DNA of 64,000 nucleotides from Lama guanicoe (lineage: Eukaryota). The stretch is taken from NCBI GenBank assembly GCA_013239625.1, contig MU053376.1, positions 1,972,507-2,036,506 of the forward strand. The letters are read 5' to 3'. The notes under the pieces were generated by a model. The model was not told the origin of the DNA. It saw nothing but the letters and a program-made list of their open reading frames with translations, and made no database searches. Positions 38,102 to 49,989 of this stretch are shown here, in pieces; the first letter of the stretch is position 1, and each line of letters opens with the position of its first letter. Position numbers and translations under genes: made by a program.

Positions 38102-39822
38102 GTAGGTGTGGCCTGAGGCAGCCCTGGGAGGGGATGAAGAGAGGCCCGTGGGGTAGAGCCATCACAGCCTGGGAAAGAGCCAAGGAACTGAGTTGTAGAG
38201 GCGTTTGGATGACTTTGCAAAGGATTGGCTCAGGGCAGGGGTGGCTTCCGTCCCTTGGCCTTGCTGACCCCATCTGGCCTCAAGTGGAAATGGGTTTGCG
38301 GAGCAGAACCCAGTGAAGGGAATTACCATTTGCTAAAATGGTCCCAGAGACTCCCGAAAGCCACTGCATTGCAAGGAAAAGAAATGTTCGATGCTGGAGG
38401 ATGCTGGTAACCTTACAGTAGATTCTAGACTTCAACACGTGGGTTTCGGGAAGTCTCTGACCCAGGGAAAGAAGATCAGAAGATAACACTTGGCCTGAGA
38501 TTGTTTTATACACGAAAAAGATGATAGCCCCTAATTAGGGAGTGTTGCTGGCTAATGAAATATTACACTGCATTGCTTGCCAACAGCATTGGTAGAAATC
38601 CTTGCCTGATGTACAAGTGTGCCTCCCTCCCAGTGTTTCCCCACCTTCCCCTCCTCCCATCCCAGCCAAATATTTTCCCTCTTAGTCACAGTGCTGCTAT
38701 GAGAAAACTTAGTGAGTTGGCGGAGAGCAAGGCATTCATTCAGCCAACGGTTCTTAGATGCCTAAAAATGTGCTGATTTAACGGGGGAAAGTGCTTTATT
38801 GGGCTGGACTCCTTAGAGACCCCGGATTAGCCCATTATATAAACCACTTATATTTGCCAACACACACAATGATCATGAGGCCATTTACAATTACGGGCTC
38901 ATTATTTAAAGATAGCTTCATTTGGCTTTCATCGTTTTGTCATTATGGATTACAATAAAGACCCCATTAATATATTAGCCTTGTTGACTGGAAGGAACCA
39001 GGATAATGGGACTCTGTGGAATATATCTTCTTGATGATAGAGTCCTAGTGTAAGTTCACCTGATGTCCCGTATCTGCGGAAGGCTCTGTGGGAGTGAAAA
39101 GAGCTGAGCTGACTTCCTGTATGCTGTTATTCACTGTGTGACGTTGGGCTGCTCTTTTGCCCTCTCTGAACTCCAGTCTTCTCATCTGTAAGACAAGAAG
39201 GAGCATTCCACTAGATCCCAGGAGCTCCAGGATTCCAAAGAGGTTCCTCAGGAGCAGGCTGGTGGAAGGGACAGACGGAGCCCAACAGCCAGGCTCGCTG
39301 CTCTGCTTGCTTGGGGGAGTGTTGTCTGAGTCAGACTCCCTCGGAGAAAAGACTGCTGAGGCTTAATACAGCTTGAAGAGCATTGACCTAGAGGCTCCCC
39401 AAGGTTCCTTCCAGTCTGGAGCCTCTAAGTTCCAGGAAAATGGTTCCCTATCTTGTCCCTGTAGATTTCCAAAGAAAAGAAAACCATTGCTTCCTCTGGT
39501 GTTTACTGGGTGTCTCCTTATAAACAGAGAGGTCGTCCTGTTTCCCGACCCGTCTATATTTATATGTTGGCAAATTGAGCCAAATCCCTACGGTTCTGGT
39601 TTTGAATGGTGGCGTTCATTAAAACCAGAGACCTCTGTGCTTTTGTGGGGAATGCTTTATTGGGCTTTATTTGGAAAGTGGTTTTTCGAGTTTCCTAGCC
39701 ATTGCTGACACTGAGCTGAATGATGTGGCTGGTTTCATTAACCGCCTCCCGGATTGTTTTTAATCCCTGTTTTCTCTTTTTCCTCCCGGTTGCTGGATCT
39801 GTCCTCTCTGGGTCAACCACAG

Positions 39823-39847
39823 GCGTAGCTCAACTGTGAGGAAACAG
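39823..39847 (+). CDS. SRGAP2: SRGAP2 coding exon 12, 25-nt microexon (phase 2/0): (R)RSSTVRKQ
   Basis: caaccacag|GCGTAGCTCAACTGTGAGGAAACAG|gtaagg. 85+28+25=138 nt restores phase 0. Confidence 0.94.
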
Positions 39848-41167
39848 GTAAGGACCCAGCAAGAACCAGGCCTGTCTGGTGGGACAGTGGTCCCATCCCA
39901 GACGTTGGTGGAACTCGGTACACTGAGGATGGGACAGACACTTTTCTGACTACATGCCTGCGTTACTGTTCAGTCATAGTATGTTTAATATGATGATAAT
40001 TTCATTGATTTCATTGGTTTAGCCTGGGGGGGTGTGGCCTTTCTGACTCATTCCTCTCCTCCCTAGTTGGTTGCCCTCTTACAGACTGAAGATCTGGTTG
40101 ACTGTGGCAGAGTATGCCAGAATTGTCCTCGGTATCACTTCCTTAGGAGACCGTGAAAGAGACTTCACATTTCGTACTTGTATGTGCCGGTATGTCAGTA
40201 ACTCACAGCAGCCAGTCACCTAGACCAGGGTTTGCAGGGTTTTGTTTGTTCATTGCTGGTGGCATGGACATCCTGGACGTATTTCTAAGACATAATAAAA
40301 ATGTAAAGATAAGTCTGATCTAGAAATGATAAGCAAGAGACGTTGAACCCTGCAATTTGGTGCATGATCGTCAGTGTTGTATTAAAATCTGACACTGAGC
40401 AGCGAGCAGAAAGCTCTCATGACCCCCATTAGGAGGAGTTTTAGCACAGCATGGACAATCAACATCAGTGGATAGTCTTAAACAGCACTTGCGCCTGTTT
40501 AAAAAAATTAATTGAAGGTTTTTTGTTTTTTTGGTTTTTTTTGCAGTAGCAAATTTGACTTCCTGATTGTACTTTATGGCAAATACTAAAGTGGTTTTGT
40601 GTCCCCTAAGCTCAGACCAGCTATGCAGCAGGCAGTTAGCACGGAGAGGGTGGAGAGAGCTCAGAAATACCTTTGTGTGTACTCAGGGGAAAGCTGATCC
40701 AGGCTTTAAAAAATCGTTTTGGGTAGTTCACAGTGGTTGTAGCCACAGGGAGAGAATGGAAGGTCGAGGGCACATGGTTTCTGTGGTGGTGGCAGCCCCT
40801 GCGGGGTCTTCAGCTGATCTGACTGCTTCAGCTGGCTGGGCGGGTGGTCCAGCTGGGGAAGTTGATAGTGTAACCCTCACTTGTCTTAGCTTTGCTGTCA
40901 CTAATTTTTTTTTCCTTCTCTATTTTGGATCTCGTTTGAATGAGAACACCATCAGGTGCAATTACACATTTTTTTAATTTTAAAAGTTGATTGCCACTCT
41001 CTTTCCTCTTGTTCCTCTATTTCTTTCTTCTTTCCCTTTCTCCCATGATTTCGTTTATAGTGAGAGTAGAATGGAGTGACTCCCAAGGATAATTTATTAC
41101 ATTTCAAATGAATAGGTGGATATCTTAAAGAAGGAGTAAGCTTTTTTTCCCTTTTAAAAGTCAGAAC

Positions 41168-41247
41168 AGGATTGAACTTGAAGTTTGTTCCCTTTATGTT
41201 CCTTTTAGGATTGAACTTGAAGTTTGTCCCCTTTATGTTCCTTTTAG
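41168..41247. repeat. 39-bp tandem duplication (2 copies, 1 mismatch)
   Basis: aggattgaacttgaagtttgt(t/c)ccctttatgttcctttt x2. Confidence 0.95.
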
Positions 41248-42830
41248 TTCCTGGACTGAAACTGAGCCTCCTGCGTATAGATGGAGCATGAGTCTGAGGG
41301 CTTCGCAGCCCCCACTCTGGCTCAGGGGTGCCAAAGGCTACAGTCTGGCAGGTGATATGTGCCCCTGGTTGGGCTCATAATCAGAAAGGAATGGCACCCA
41401 TCTGGTTTGCATCCTGCTGTGCTTACACAGTTGTCAGGAAAACTATATTTGCCCGGTGCTAGATTTGTGTAAGAGTTCCAGGATGCACCAGAAACCCAGA
41501 TCAAATAAAGTCCTTTTTTTCTTTCCATTTCTCTCTAGCAGCTCATGGTAGATCAGTGAAGAGTTTTTCTAAGATAGTCAGGGAGATAAATAATAACTAA
41601 CCTGGAAGATGAGTAATCTTGTATACGTAACCAGGAAATAAACTTTTTTTAGTTATTTACAGCAAATAAGACAAACAAGAGGAAGAATCCAGGAGCTTTT
41701 GTTTTTGAGGGTCTCTAATGGGTTCCAGTCATTTTTGATACTAGCAAAGCCTGGGTTCAAACCATCCCAAACTTTTCTTCAAAAAGAGATGTGTCAAATG
41801 CTGCTTCCAAGCTTTCCCTGCGCCCTTCAAGCCCAGAAGTTTCTCTTTCCTATTACTTTCATGTCTTCTTTGGTGGCCTGTCTTTCTCCATCCCTCGAAA
41901 GTTAGGCATTTCCCCAAGGCTTGGTCCTCTTTTGACTTCTTTGTCTTTGTCTTGTCGCTTTTGTTGCCTTAGATGAATCTGTCTCTCTTTTTCTCTCCTT
42001 CCTAAGCATCCACTAGTTCTATAATGCTGTCACCTGAGCCTTAGCATCTGACTCCTCCTGACTGGCAGGACGTCGATGCTCTAGAGTTGGGACAGCACCT
42101 CCTACCCTCAGCATCCATCTCGTCACCTTCCTGCCACATTGTCAGTTCCTTAACACCTCCTCTAACTTCTCTGCTTCTCTCAGTGGGGACCCTCCATTCT
42201 TCACAGTCCCTGAAGCCCCACATCATATCTTTGATGCCTCTTTTTTCCTCATCGCCCACATCTGATCAGGTAACAAGACTTGTATTTTCTCCCTTGGTGA
42301 AAACAGAAATCTAACAATTGTAATGGAGATGAGCACCTGGCAAAATCCTAATTCTCTCGCTTATGAGAAGTTATGCCAGGCAATGACATATTCGGGCATT
42401 AGCTGGCCACCTGCCCGATTGTTTTCCCCTGCAGATCACTGGACCCCTGCTTTACTATCTTTTCCAAATTATGTCTGCTAACTTTCTCCCTCCACTTTTG
42501 GTTTAATGTTCCCTTAATCTGACTGAATGGGGATTTGACCTGATTGTCCTTAAAAGCCCCTTCCAACCTTGGGATTATGTGACCAGAACTACTGTGAACT
42601 AAAGAATTAAACTGACGTGGATTCCAACATTGGAGAAGGGAAGGAGAGAGGAAGGAAAGGAGAGACAGACACTGAACAAGAACTCACATAGACACTGCTC
42701 ACACAGCTGTGTGCAGGATCGATGGTGAAATGAAGGTCTTCACCAGGACGCATCCTGGGGGAATGAATTCACTTGGAGCTCAGAAGTGCGACAGTGAGAG
42801 AGAGTCTGAAGCCTTCATGACTTTATCCCA

Positions 42831-42930
42831 TTTGTTTTTCTTTTTAATGGAGATTAAATCCTGGGGAATTGAACCCAGGACCTCATGCGTGCTAAGTATG
42901 CGCTCTACCAGCTGAGCTATCCCCACCCCT
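42831..42930 (-). mobile_element. tRNA-Ala-derived SINE (Vic-1-like)
   Basis: ttgaacccaggacctcatgcgtgctaagtatgcgctctaccagctgagctat. TSD tgacttt(a/g)tcc. Confidence 0.88.
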
Positions 42931-43999
42931 CTTGACTTTGTCCAGTTTTTGCTCCCACCGGACTCTGGCTCAGGCTCCACTGGATGCTCTTCTGCAGTGG
43001 GCAGGTCATCTCTGGCCCATCTCATCTACTACATGGTGTCCTCTGGGCCACCTCTGAAGTACTGCTGGCAACACGAACATGCAGGTTAATATCCTTGGTG
43101 CTTTGCTTTCTGCCACCCCGCGGACTTCCTTCTTCGCTGTCATTGATGCTCCTTTTCCCACAAGTCTAGGCAGAATTTTACACTCACGTGACTTGTTGAA
43201 GCCAGTAACCTGTGAGCTTCCCAGCCTCCCTCCCTCTGAAATATAAATTTATGAAATATAAATTTAGGGCCAGAAAAACTTACAGACTCTCCCATCATGT
43301 CCTCCTTATCACTGCCACTACTATTTATAAATGAAAATATAATAAAAACATTTGTAAACAGAAAAAGACCTCCAAAAATGGGGTTTGGTTTTTATTAGTA
43401 GTATTATTAATGGTGGAAATCAGTTTCTTCCTTAGACTGTGGGAGAGCTGACATGATTCTTCCTCTGAGATCATCCTAGGCTGACTGGCCAAATTTAGTG
43501 ATGGCAGCAAGAGGGCAGACACTTCACTACTGAAGCTGGAGATCTGGAGGGAGCAGATGGGTGTGGGGCTCATGAAGATGAGTGTTTGGGTCGCTGAGAC
43601 CTTCCTGACTCCGGCTCCGCCTTGGTGCGCTCGGTACTCCCTCTGGCAGCATCCTGGGTTCCCAGCAGGCCTACGTGCTAGAGGCCACACCATCTCTTCT
43701 CTCAGCCTGACTTCTTATGAGACCCAGCTGCTTCCCTCACAGCAGCCAAAGCCCATGGCTACAGCTAAAAATTCAGAGCCAGAGGAGGGGCCAGGCAAAC
43801 CTGTGAAATGAGCAGAAGGCACTTGAGGACCCAGTCTGTCCCAAACATCGAAAGCCCTTTCCAGCTAGGTTTACCGTCACTCTGCCTGATCCCTTTCTTC
43901 CCTGTGAGTTATTGTGCATTTAGCTGCATTACAAAACCCTACCAGTTTTCAGTAATGTTTGGTACGCACACCTGGCTATATTTACCGAGCTCCTCAGAC

Positions 44000-44250
44000 G
44001 CATGGCGTAGTGACATGCTCCGTCTTGGGGGAGACTGCCTGGGTTTGAATGCTGGCTTCCACTTACCAGCTGTGTCACCATAAGCAGCTACTTCGGCTCA
44101 TTCAGCCTTCACTTCCTCATTGGTCAAATGAGGATAATCATAATACACACCCCACAGGGTTGTTACTGGGACCAGTTCATCTAAAGCACTTAGTTCCTGG
44201 GCCAACACCCATGTAAATTCCTCTGTACATGGTAAGCACTCCATTCATGT
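44000..44250 (+). mobile_element. MIR SINE
   Basis: agactgcctgggtttgaatgctggcttccacttaccagctgtgt...ttcctcattggtcaaatgaggataat. Confidence 0.8.
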
Positions 44251-44490
44251 GCCAATAGGAAATATTACTCTCTTCACCACCAGTTCCCCTCCCTGGTTTG
44301 TAGATGCCAAATTAAGACCCCAAGAAGTTAAATAAATGACAGCAAAATGGCTGAGCAAAGATTGTTATCTGGGAGGCCTGCTTAGTTTTGCACCAATTAG
44401 ACTCCACTGTTTCCAAGAGTTTCCTTAAAGTTTCTTACCTTTTAAAAGCTTTTTACCTTTTCTTACTCTTACCTATTACCTTACAAACCC

Positions 44491-44593
44491 CTTTTCTTCT
44501 TCTTTTTTTTCCTTCTTTAATGGATGTACTGGGAATCGAACCCTGGACTTCACACACTAAGCATGTGCTCTACTATTGAGCTATACCCGCCCC
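44491..44593 (-). mobile_element. tRNA-Ala-derived SINE (Vic-1-like)
   Basis: tcgaaccctggacttcacacactaagcatgtgctctactattgagctataccc. Flanking acaaacc...tttct repeats. Confidence 0.85.
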
Positions 44594-44639
44594 AAACAAA
44601 CCTCCTTTCTGTTGCTCCCATTGGTTCGTTCTGCTACCT

Positions 44640-45470
44640 TCCACTGATATTAACTGAGCACCTGTTATGTGAGAGCATCACGGCCAGCACCAGTCACCAA
44701 GAACTGACATGAAGTCTGCCCTGTGGAGCTCAAGCTTTAATGGTGACAAATGCAAACAGATATTCATACCCACACAGTTAAGTCACAGTCAGGGTGTGAG
44801 GGCCAAGTGCAAGGTGCTGAGACCCTGTAGCCAGCGATCCTGATCTTAACTGGGGACTCTGGAAAACATCCCTGAGAAGTGACACTGAGACCCTGGGGGT
44901 AGGGGACCAGAGGGAGGAGGGCATTGCAGTAGCAGGAGCAGTTCCTGCAAAGCCATGGGGAAGGGAGGACTTACTGAGGAGCAGAAAGAAGACCAGTATG
45001 GCTGAAACAGAGATGGAGGGGAAGAGCAGAAGGAGACAAAACTGGTGGCAAAGGCAGGACCCTGGACACGCAAGGCAGGGTACAGAAAGTAATGAGAAGT
45101 CTCTGAAAGAGTTTAGCCTAGAAAATAAATGATGAAATGTGCACAAAGATCACCTAACCACATTTGAAAGAAGAAAAACTGGTTTGGGGAACGACGGTGG
45201 TGGGAATGGAGATACTGATGGATTGGACTGGGTTGGTGGCAGTAGAGATGGAGAGAAATGAGTGCATTTGAGAGATATTTGGGATGCAGACTTGACACAA
45301 TATATGTGTATGGATGGTGGATTGGATAGCTGGGAGTGGGGCACTGGTTTGGAATAAAGGATGATCAGTTCCATTTGGGACATGCTGAATTTAAGGCTTC
45401 TGTGTGGCATTCCAAGTAGACGCTGGTGCATGTGCTTTGGAGCTTGGAGGACAGGCCGGATGCTTCTTTG
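44640..45470 (-). mobile_element. L2 LINE remnant
   Basis: ctgagcacctgttatgtg; ctgccctgtggagctc; cagttccatttgggacatgctgaatttaagg. Confidence 0.7.
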
Positions 45471-45583
45471 TGGACTGGCCACTGATCCGGCCGAGACAAG
45501 TTCCACACAGTTTGGCCCATTTTCTCTGACCCTGGGCAATCTCTGTTTAAAGATTCTAATGTTGTGTTTCTCTGGCTTTTCAG

Positions 45584-45644
45584 GATTCCAGCCAGGCAAT
45601 TCCTCTGGTGGTAGAAAGCTGTATCCGGTTTATCAGCAGACACG
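45584..45644 (+). CDS. SRGAP2: SRGAP2 coding exon 13 (61 nt, phase 0/1): DSSQAIPLVVESCIRFISRH(G), start of RhoGAP domain
   Basis: tctggcttttcag|GAT and CAC G|gtaagc. Confidence 0.96.
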
Positions 45645-47017
45645 GTAAGCAGGATCCCCGCCTTGCCCATATTTGTGCGGAATCGGGAGGAACTTCCAGG
45701 AATTCTTTGTTGAATAAGAATAGAGATTGGCTTCCCATCCTGACAGTCTGAGAAAAGGAATAAAATCTTATTTGTTCACATAACGTTTGCTACCTCAAAA
45801 TGGCCACATCTAGACACTGAGGACAAGACAGCATATAAATTGACCCCAAAATGCCTCAGCCACTTACCACACTTCCCTTTCTAGCTTGAGAGTGACTTCT
45901 AAATTATAGCTGTTATGAGAGTAGGTCTAGCTGGCCCAATGTGGTGACAGCAGTTTCGCCATTACTCACCATCTTTGCGTGTATCAGTATGTCCCACTGC
46001 ACAGCCTTGACCATATGTCACATTGGCTTTCCGCATCGGACTGCTTTGAAAACAAAGTCCTCTTATAATGTTACATTGACTCCTAGTCATATCCAGTTTG
46101 GGTTCTGGTTTGGTCTCATTGGATACAACATCACCAGAGCTCAGTTAGTAGCCGATCTTAAAGTTGTAGCCAACATTTGAGAGTCTGCGGGGACTGGCTC
46201 CTTCTAAGTTGAGTTACTTTATCTTCTGTTTAGATGAGGCTGAATCTCATAAACTCCATTCCTCACCTGCTCCTAGGCTGATTAGACAGAATTTCGGGAA
46301 AGAGATGAATAGCCAGAGAATCAGTCTTCCAAGTATAAGCATATTTAGAAAGTACAGCTATCTGAGCATGCGTCATGAAGGTTTCTAGCATCAGAAATTG
46401 TTTTTAGATGCTGTCCTATCTAGTTAGAGGAAGCGTGACAGAATGACCTTCTTGGAGCTAAGGAGGTGTGCAGTTGATCGCTGGTCTCAGTTCAGAAACA
46501 GCCATTCTCTCTCCCTTCCTCTCCTTCTCTCCCAATAAACTGGGACATTGCTTGGGTTCTTTTTTGGAATAGTCACTATTTTAGTATGCTTATGACTTAT
46601 CCCATTCTAATCAGCTACAATTTTTTCACCTTATCTCCATTCATTAGAAGTAACAGCATTGTATAGCCGTATATTGAGCGGTCAACAGATATCTGTCAAG
46701 CCCCTGATCAATGCTGGGCGCCGTGCATTGCCAAGTAGGAAAACCAAAACAGGACTAATACGCTGTTGCTGTCTTTACCTGGTTTTATGATGCAGTTGGG
46801 AGAAAATAAATAAGCAAGTAAAAGTTAAATAAAAAGATAAGCTGTAATGGTTCAGAATAGCAGTATAAGAAATTTCATGGGATGGTGATGCTTAATGGTC
46901 AAGCAGTTGGTAAAGGTAAGTCCAAACTAAGTTCAGAGGAGGATGAATTATTTGTGCCTAAAGAACAATAGGGAGAGGAGAGTCCAAACTCCAGTTCCTT
47001 CATCCATACCTTCCATC

Positions 47018-48230
47018 ATTCATTCATTCAACAAATACATGTCTTCCTTGACTTCTAGTGGGGTTATATCCCAATAAACCCATCGTAAGTTGAAAATATC
47101 TTAAGTCAAAAATGCATTTAATACACCTAACCTACTGAACATTATACACAAATATGTACAGCTTAGCATAGCCTACCTCCAACACGCTTAGAACCCTTGT
47201 ACTAGGCTACATTTGGGCAAAAACATCTAACATAGAGCCAGTTTGATAATAAAGTGTTGAATATCTCACATAATTTATTGAGTACTGGACTGAGAATGAA
47301 AAACAGAAGGGTTGTGTGGGCACAGAATGATGGTTAAGTGTGTCAGTTGTTTACCCTCATGTTCACGTGGGAGCTACGGCCCTTGACTGCTGCCCTGCAT
47401 GACGAGAGAGCTCTGTACCGCATGTCAGTAGCCCAGGAAAACATCAGAATTCCAGATACAGTTTCCGCTGAATATGTATCACTTTTGCACCATGATAAAG
47501 TCAAAAAGTTGTAAGTGAAACCATCATAAATCAAAGACCGTCTTTATACATGCTGATTGCTCATTGTGTGCCAAGAAAAAGTTCCTTCTTTTCCTCATGA
47601 AACTTCTCCAACATTCTACTGAAGGACCAATAAATAGATGGTCAATTGACTGGTCGATAAATAAACAAATTAATATACAACACGTCAGACGTTGGTGAGT
47701 GTCATGAAGACAAGTAAAGCAAGGTGAGGAGATGGAGAACAGAGAAGGGATACTGTTCTAGGTGGGTTGTTCAGGGAAAAGGCCTTGGGGTCACCCACGG
47801 AGGTGACATTTGAGCAGTCCTGAAGAATGTGAGGGAGTGAGCCACTGGGGTATCTGAGGGAGAGTGTTTTGGAGAGTTAGGGAGAAGGAACATCGAATGC
47901 AGAGATCCTTGGCATGTGCGAGGACCAGCACACAGGATTCTAGTGTGGCTGGAGCAGAGTGGCAGGAGATGAAGCCAGAGGCCAGATTCTTTGGGTTTTA
48001 TCAGCTAAGGTAGGTGTTTGGATTTCATTCTGAGTTGGAAAGCTACTAGAGAATTTTGAACAGGGAGCGATCTTTCTAAAGGATCCCAGGCTGCTGCGTA
48101 GAAATAAGGCCATAGGAGGCAACAGGAGGCTACAGCAGTAGCCCAGGGAAGATGTGGCAGTGGCCTGCACAGGGCATTAGCCTGTGGGGTTGCGGAGAAG
48201 TGGATGGGTTCTGGATAGGATGCTGTGCCT
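47018..48230 (-). mobile_element. L2 LINE remnant, interrupted by the MER47-like element
   Basis: cattcattcattcaacaaata end motif; aggtgacatttgagcag and tttggatttcattctgag L2 motifs. Confidence 0.65.
47038..47544. mobile_element. Tigger-family non-autonomous DNA transposon (MER47/Tigger5-like) inserted at TA within an L2
   Basis: Matches recalled MER47 consensus (ataaacccatcgtaagttgaaaatatc...aatgcatttaatacacctaacctactgaacat). Degenerate TIRs. TA at 47036-37 and 47545-46. Confidence 0.8.
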
Positions 48231-48249
48231 GTCTCTGCCCCTGTACAGG

Positions 48250-49218
48250 TGCAGTACATGAGGAGACCAAAACTTAGCACATGTCTATGGTGAGACTCTT
48301 GGGAAACAGGTATGCTTACATATTGCTGATGGGAATGTAAAGTGGTACAACCTTCCTGGAGGGGAATTTGGCAACAACTCACAGAACTATATATGCACTA
48401 ATCTTCTGTCCCAGCCATCAGGGATTTACCTTCTAGGGATTTACCATGAAGATACATCTCCAAAAATAGGAAAATATATATGCACAGTATATATGCAGCA
48501 TCATTTGAAAATGCATAGTATTAGAAGCAACCTAAATGCCATATGGAGAGGAATTGATGAATAAACTGCAGTATATCCACACAGTGGCATCCTATGCAGC
48601 TACAAACACAAAGAATGAGGAAGATCGCCATGAAATGACATGGAGAGATTTCCAGGATATATTGTCAAGTGAACAAAGCAAAGTGCAAAATGGTATCTAT
48701 AGCATGCTGCCTTTCATGTAAAAAAGAAGAGAATATAAGAATATACATGTGTCTTCTCATATCTGCAGGAAGAAATGCAGGAAGGATGAATCCAGAAACT
48801 AAGATGCGATTGGTCATCTACACAGATGGGTGGAAAAGGGTGAAAAGAGTCAGAGAAGGGGAAATGGGAGGGGAATGACATTTTCCTGAGGACTCCTTTT
48901 TGTATAATTTTGATTTTTAGAACCACCTTGGTATTTCCCATACTCAGAAGATAAATAAACAAATACATAAAACAAGGATGTGGGTAAAACCCAAATGGAA
49001 TACAAACAGTAATAAATAAACCTAACTGTGTCACAAATGAATAACATAACCACACTGAGATGATAAAGAAGAAAGCAATCTAAGTGTCTTTGGAAAACTG
49101 TATTTTGATTATATACTGAAATCTAACAACAGAAAGAACTGTAAACAAATACTGTACAGTAGGTAATTTTTTTAATCACAGGGTTGTGAGCTAGTAATTC
49201 TGAAACCATTTTATTTGT
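48250..49218 (+). mobile_element. Old L1 (L1MC/L1ME-like) 3' region; resumes at 52951-~53000 after the younger L1 insertion
   Basis: Diverged L1 3' motifs (tgctgatgggaatgtaaagtggtacaacc, gcaacctaaatgcc). tctgaaaccattttatttgt continues as attacaggattgagccaataaatac. Confidence 0.75.
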
Positions 49219-49989
49219 TTTTTTCTCCTCTGTCTACTTTTTGTTTTTTATTTTTAATTTTTTTACATTTTTTATTGAATTATAGTCATTTTACAATGTT
49301 GTGTCAAATTCCAGTGTAGAGCACAATTTTTCAGTTGTACATGAACATACATATATTCATTGTTACATGTTTTTTTTTGCTGTGAGCTACCACAAGATCT
49401 TGTTATATGTTTCCCTGTGCTATGCAATATAATCTTTTTTTATTGATTTATAATCAGTTTACAATGTTGTGTCAAATTCCAGTGTAGAGCACAATTTTTC
49501 AGTCATGCATGAACATACATATATTCATTGAGACATTTTTTCTCTGTGAGCTACCTTAAGATCTTGTGTATATTACCCTGTGCTATACAGTATAACCTTG
49601 TTTATCTAGTCTACAATTTTGAAATGCTGTCTATCCCTTCCCACCCTCCGCCCCCTTGGCAACCACAAGTTTGTATTCTATGTCTATGAATCTAGTTCTG
49701 TTTTGTATTTATGCTTTGTTTTTGTTGTTTTTGTTTTTTGGGTTTTTTTTTTTAGATTCCACATTAGAACGATCTCATATGGTATTTTTCTTTCTCTTTC
49801 TGGCTTTCTTCACTTAGAATGACACTCTCCAGGAACATCCATGTTGCTGCAAATGGCATTATATTGTCGATTTTTATGGCTGAATAGTATTTCATTGTAT
49901 AAATATAGCACATCTTCTTTATCCAGTCATCTGTTGATGGACATTTAGGCTGTTTCTATGTCTTGGCTATTGTAAATAATGCTGCTATG
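49219..49989 (-). mobile_element. Two tandem LINE-1 3'-end fragments (~49262-49434 and ~49435-49989) with poly(A) tail (poly-T on +)
   Basis: tttattga...tttacaatgttgtgtcaaattccagtgtagagcacaatttttcagt occurs twice about 168 bp apart. 49780-49989 is homologous to 50710-50919. Confidence 0.9.

Noticed and set aside
37792..38316. 174-aa ORF and overlapping ORFs around exon 11
   Set aside because: No recognisable protein similarity. Only 28 nt are coding, bounded by clear splice sites.
9938..38539. Enrichment of CArG boxes (9938, 29071, 38530) as evidence of SRF control
   Set aside because: A few CC(A/T)6GG matches are expected by chance in 64 kb. Only the individual palindromic contexts were kept.
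43237..43266. 15-bp tandem duplication tgaaatataaattta x2 (similar micro-repeats near 28248, 48420, 55747)
   Set aside because: Ordinary slippage-type duplications with no evident functional context.
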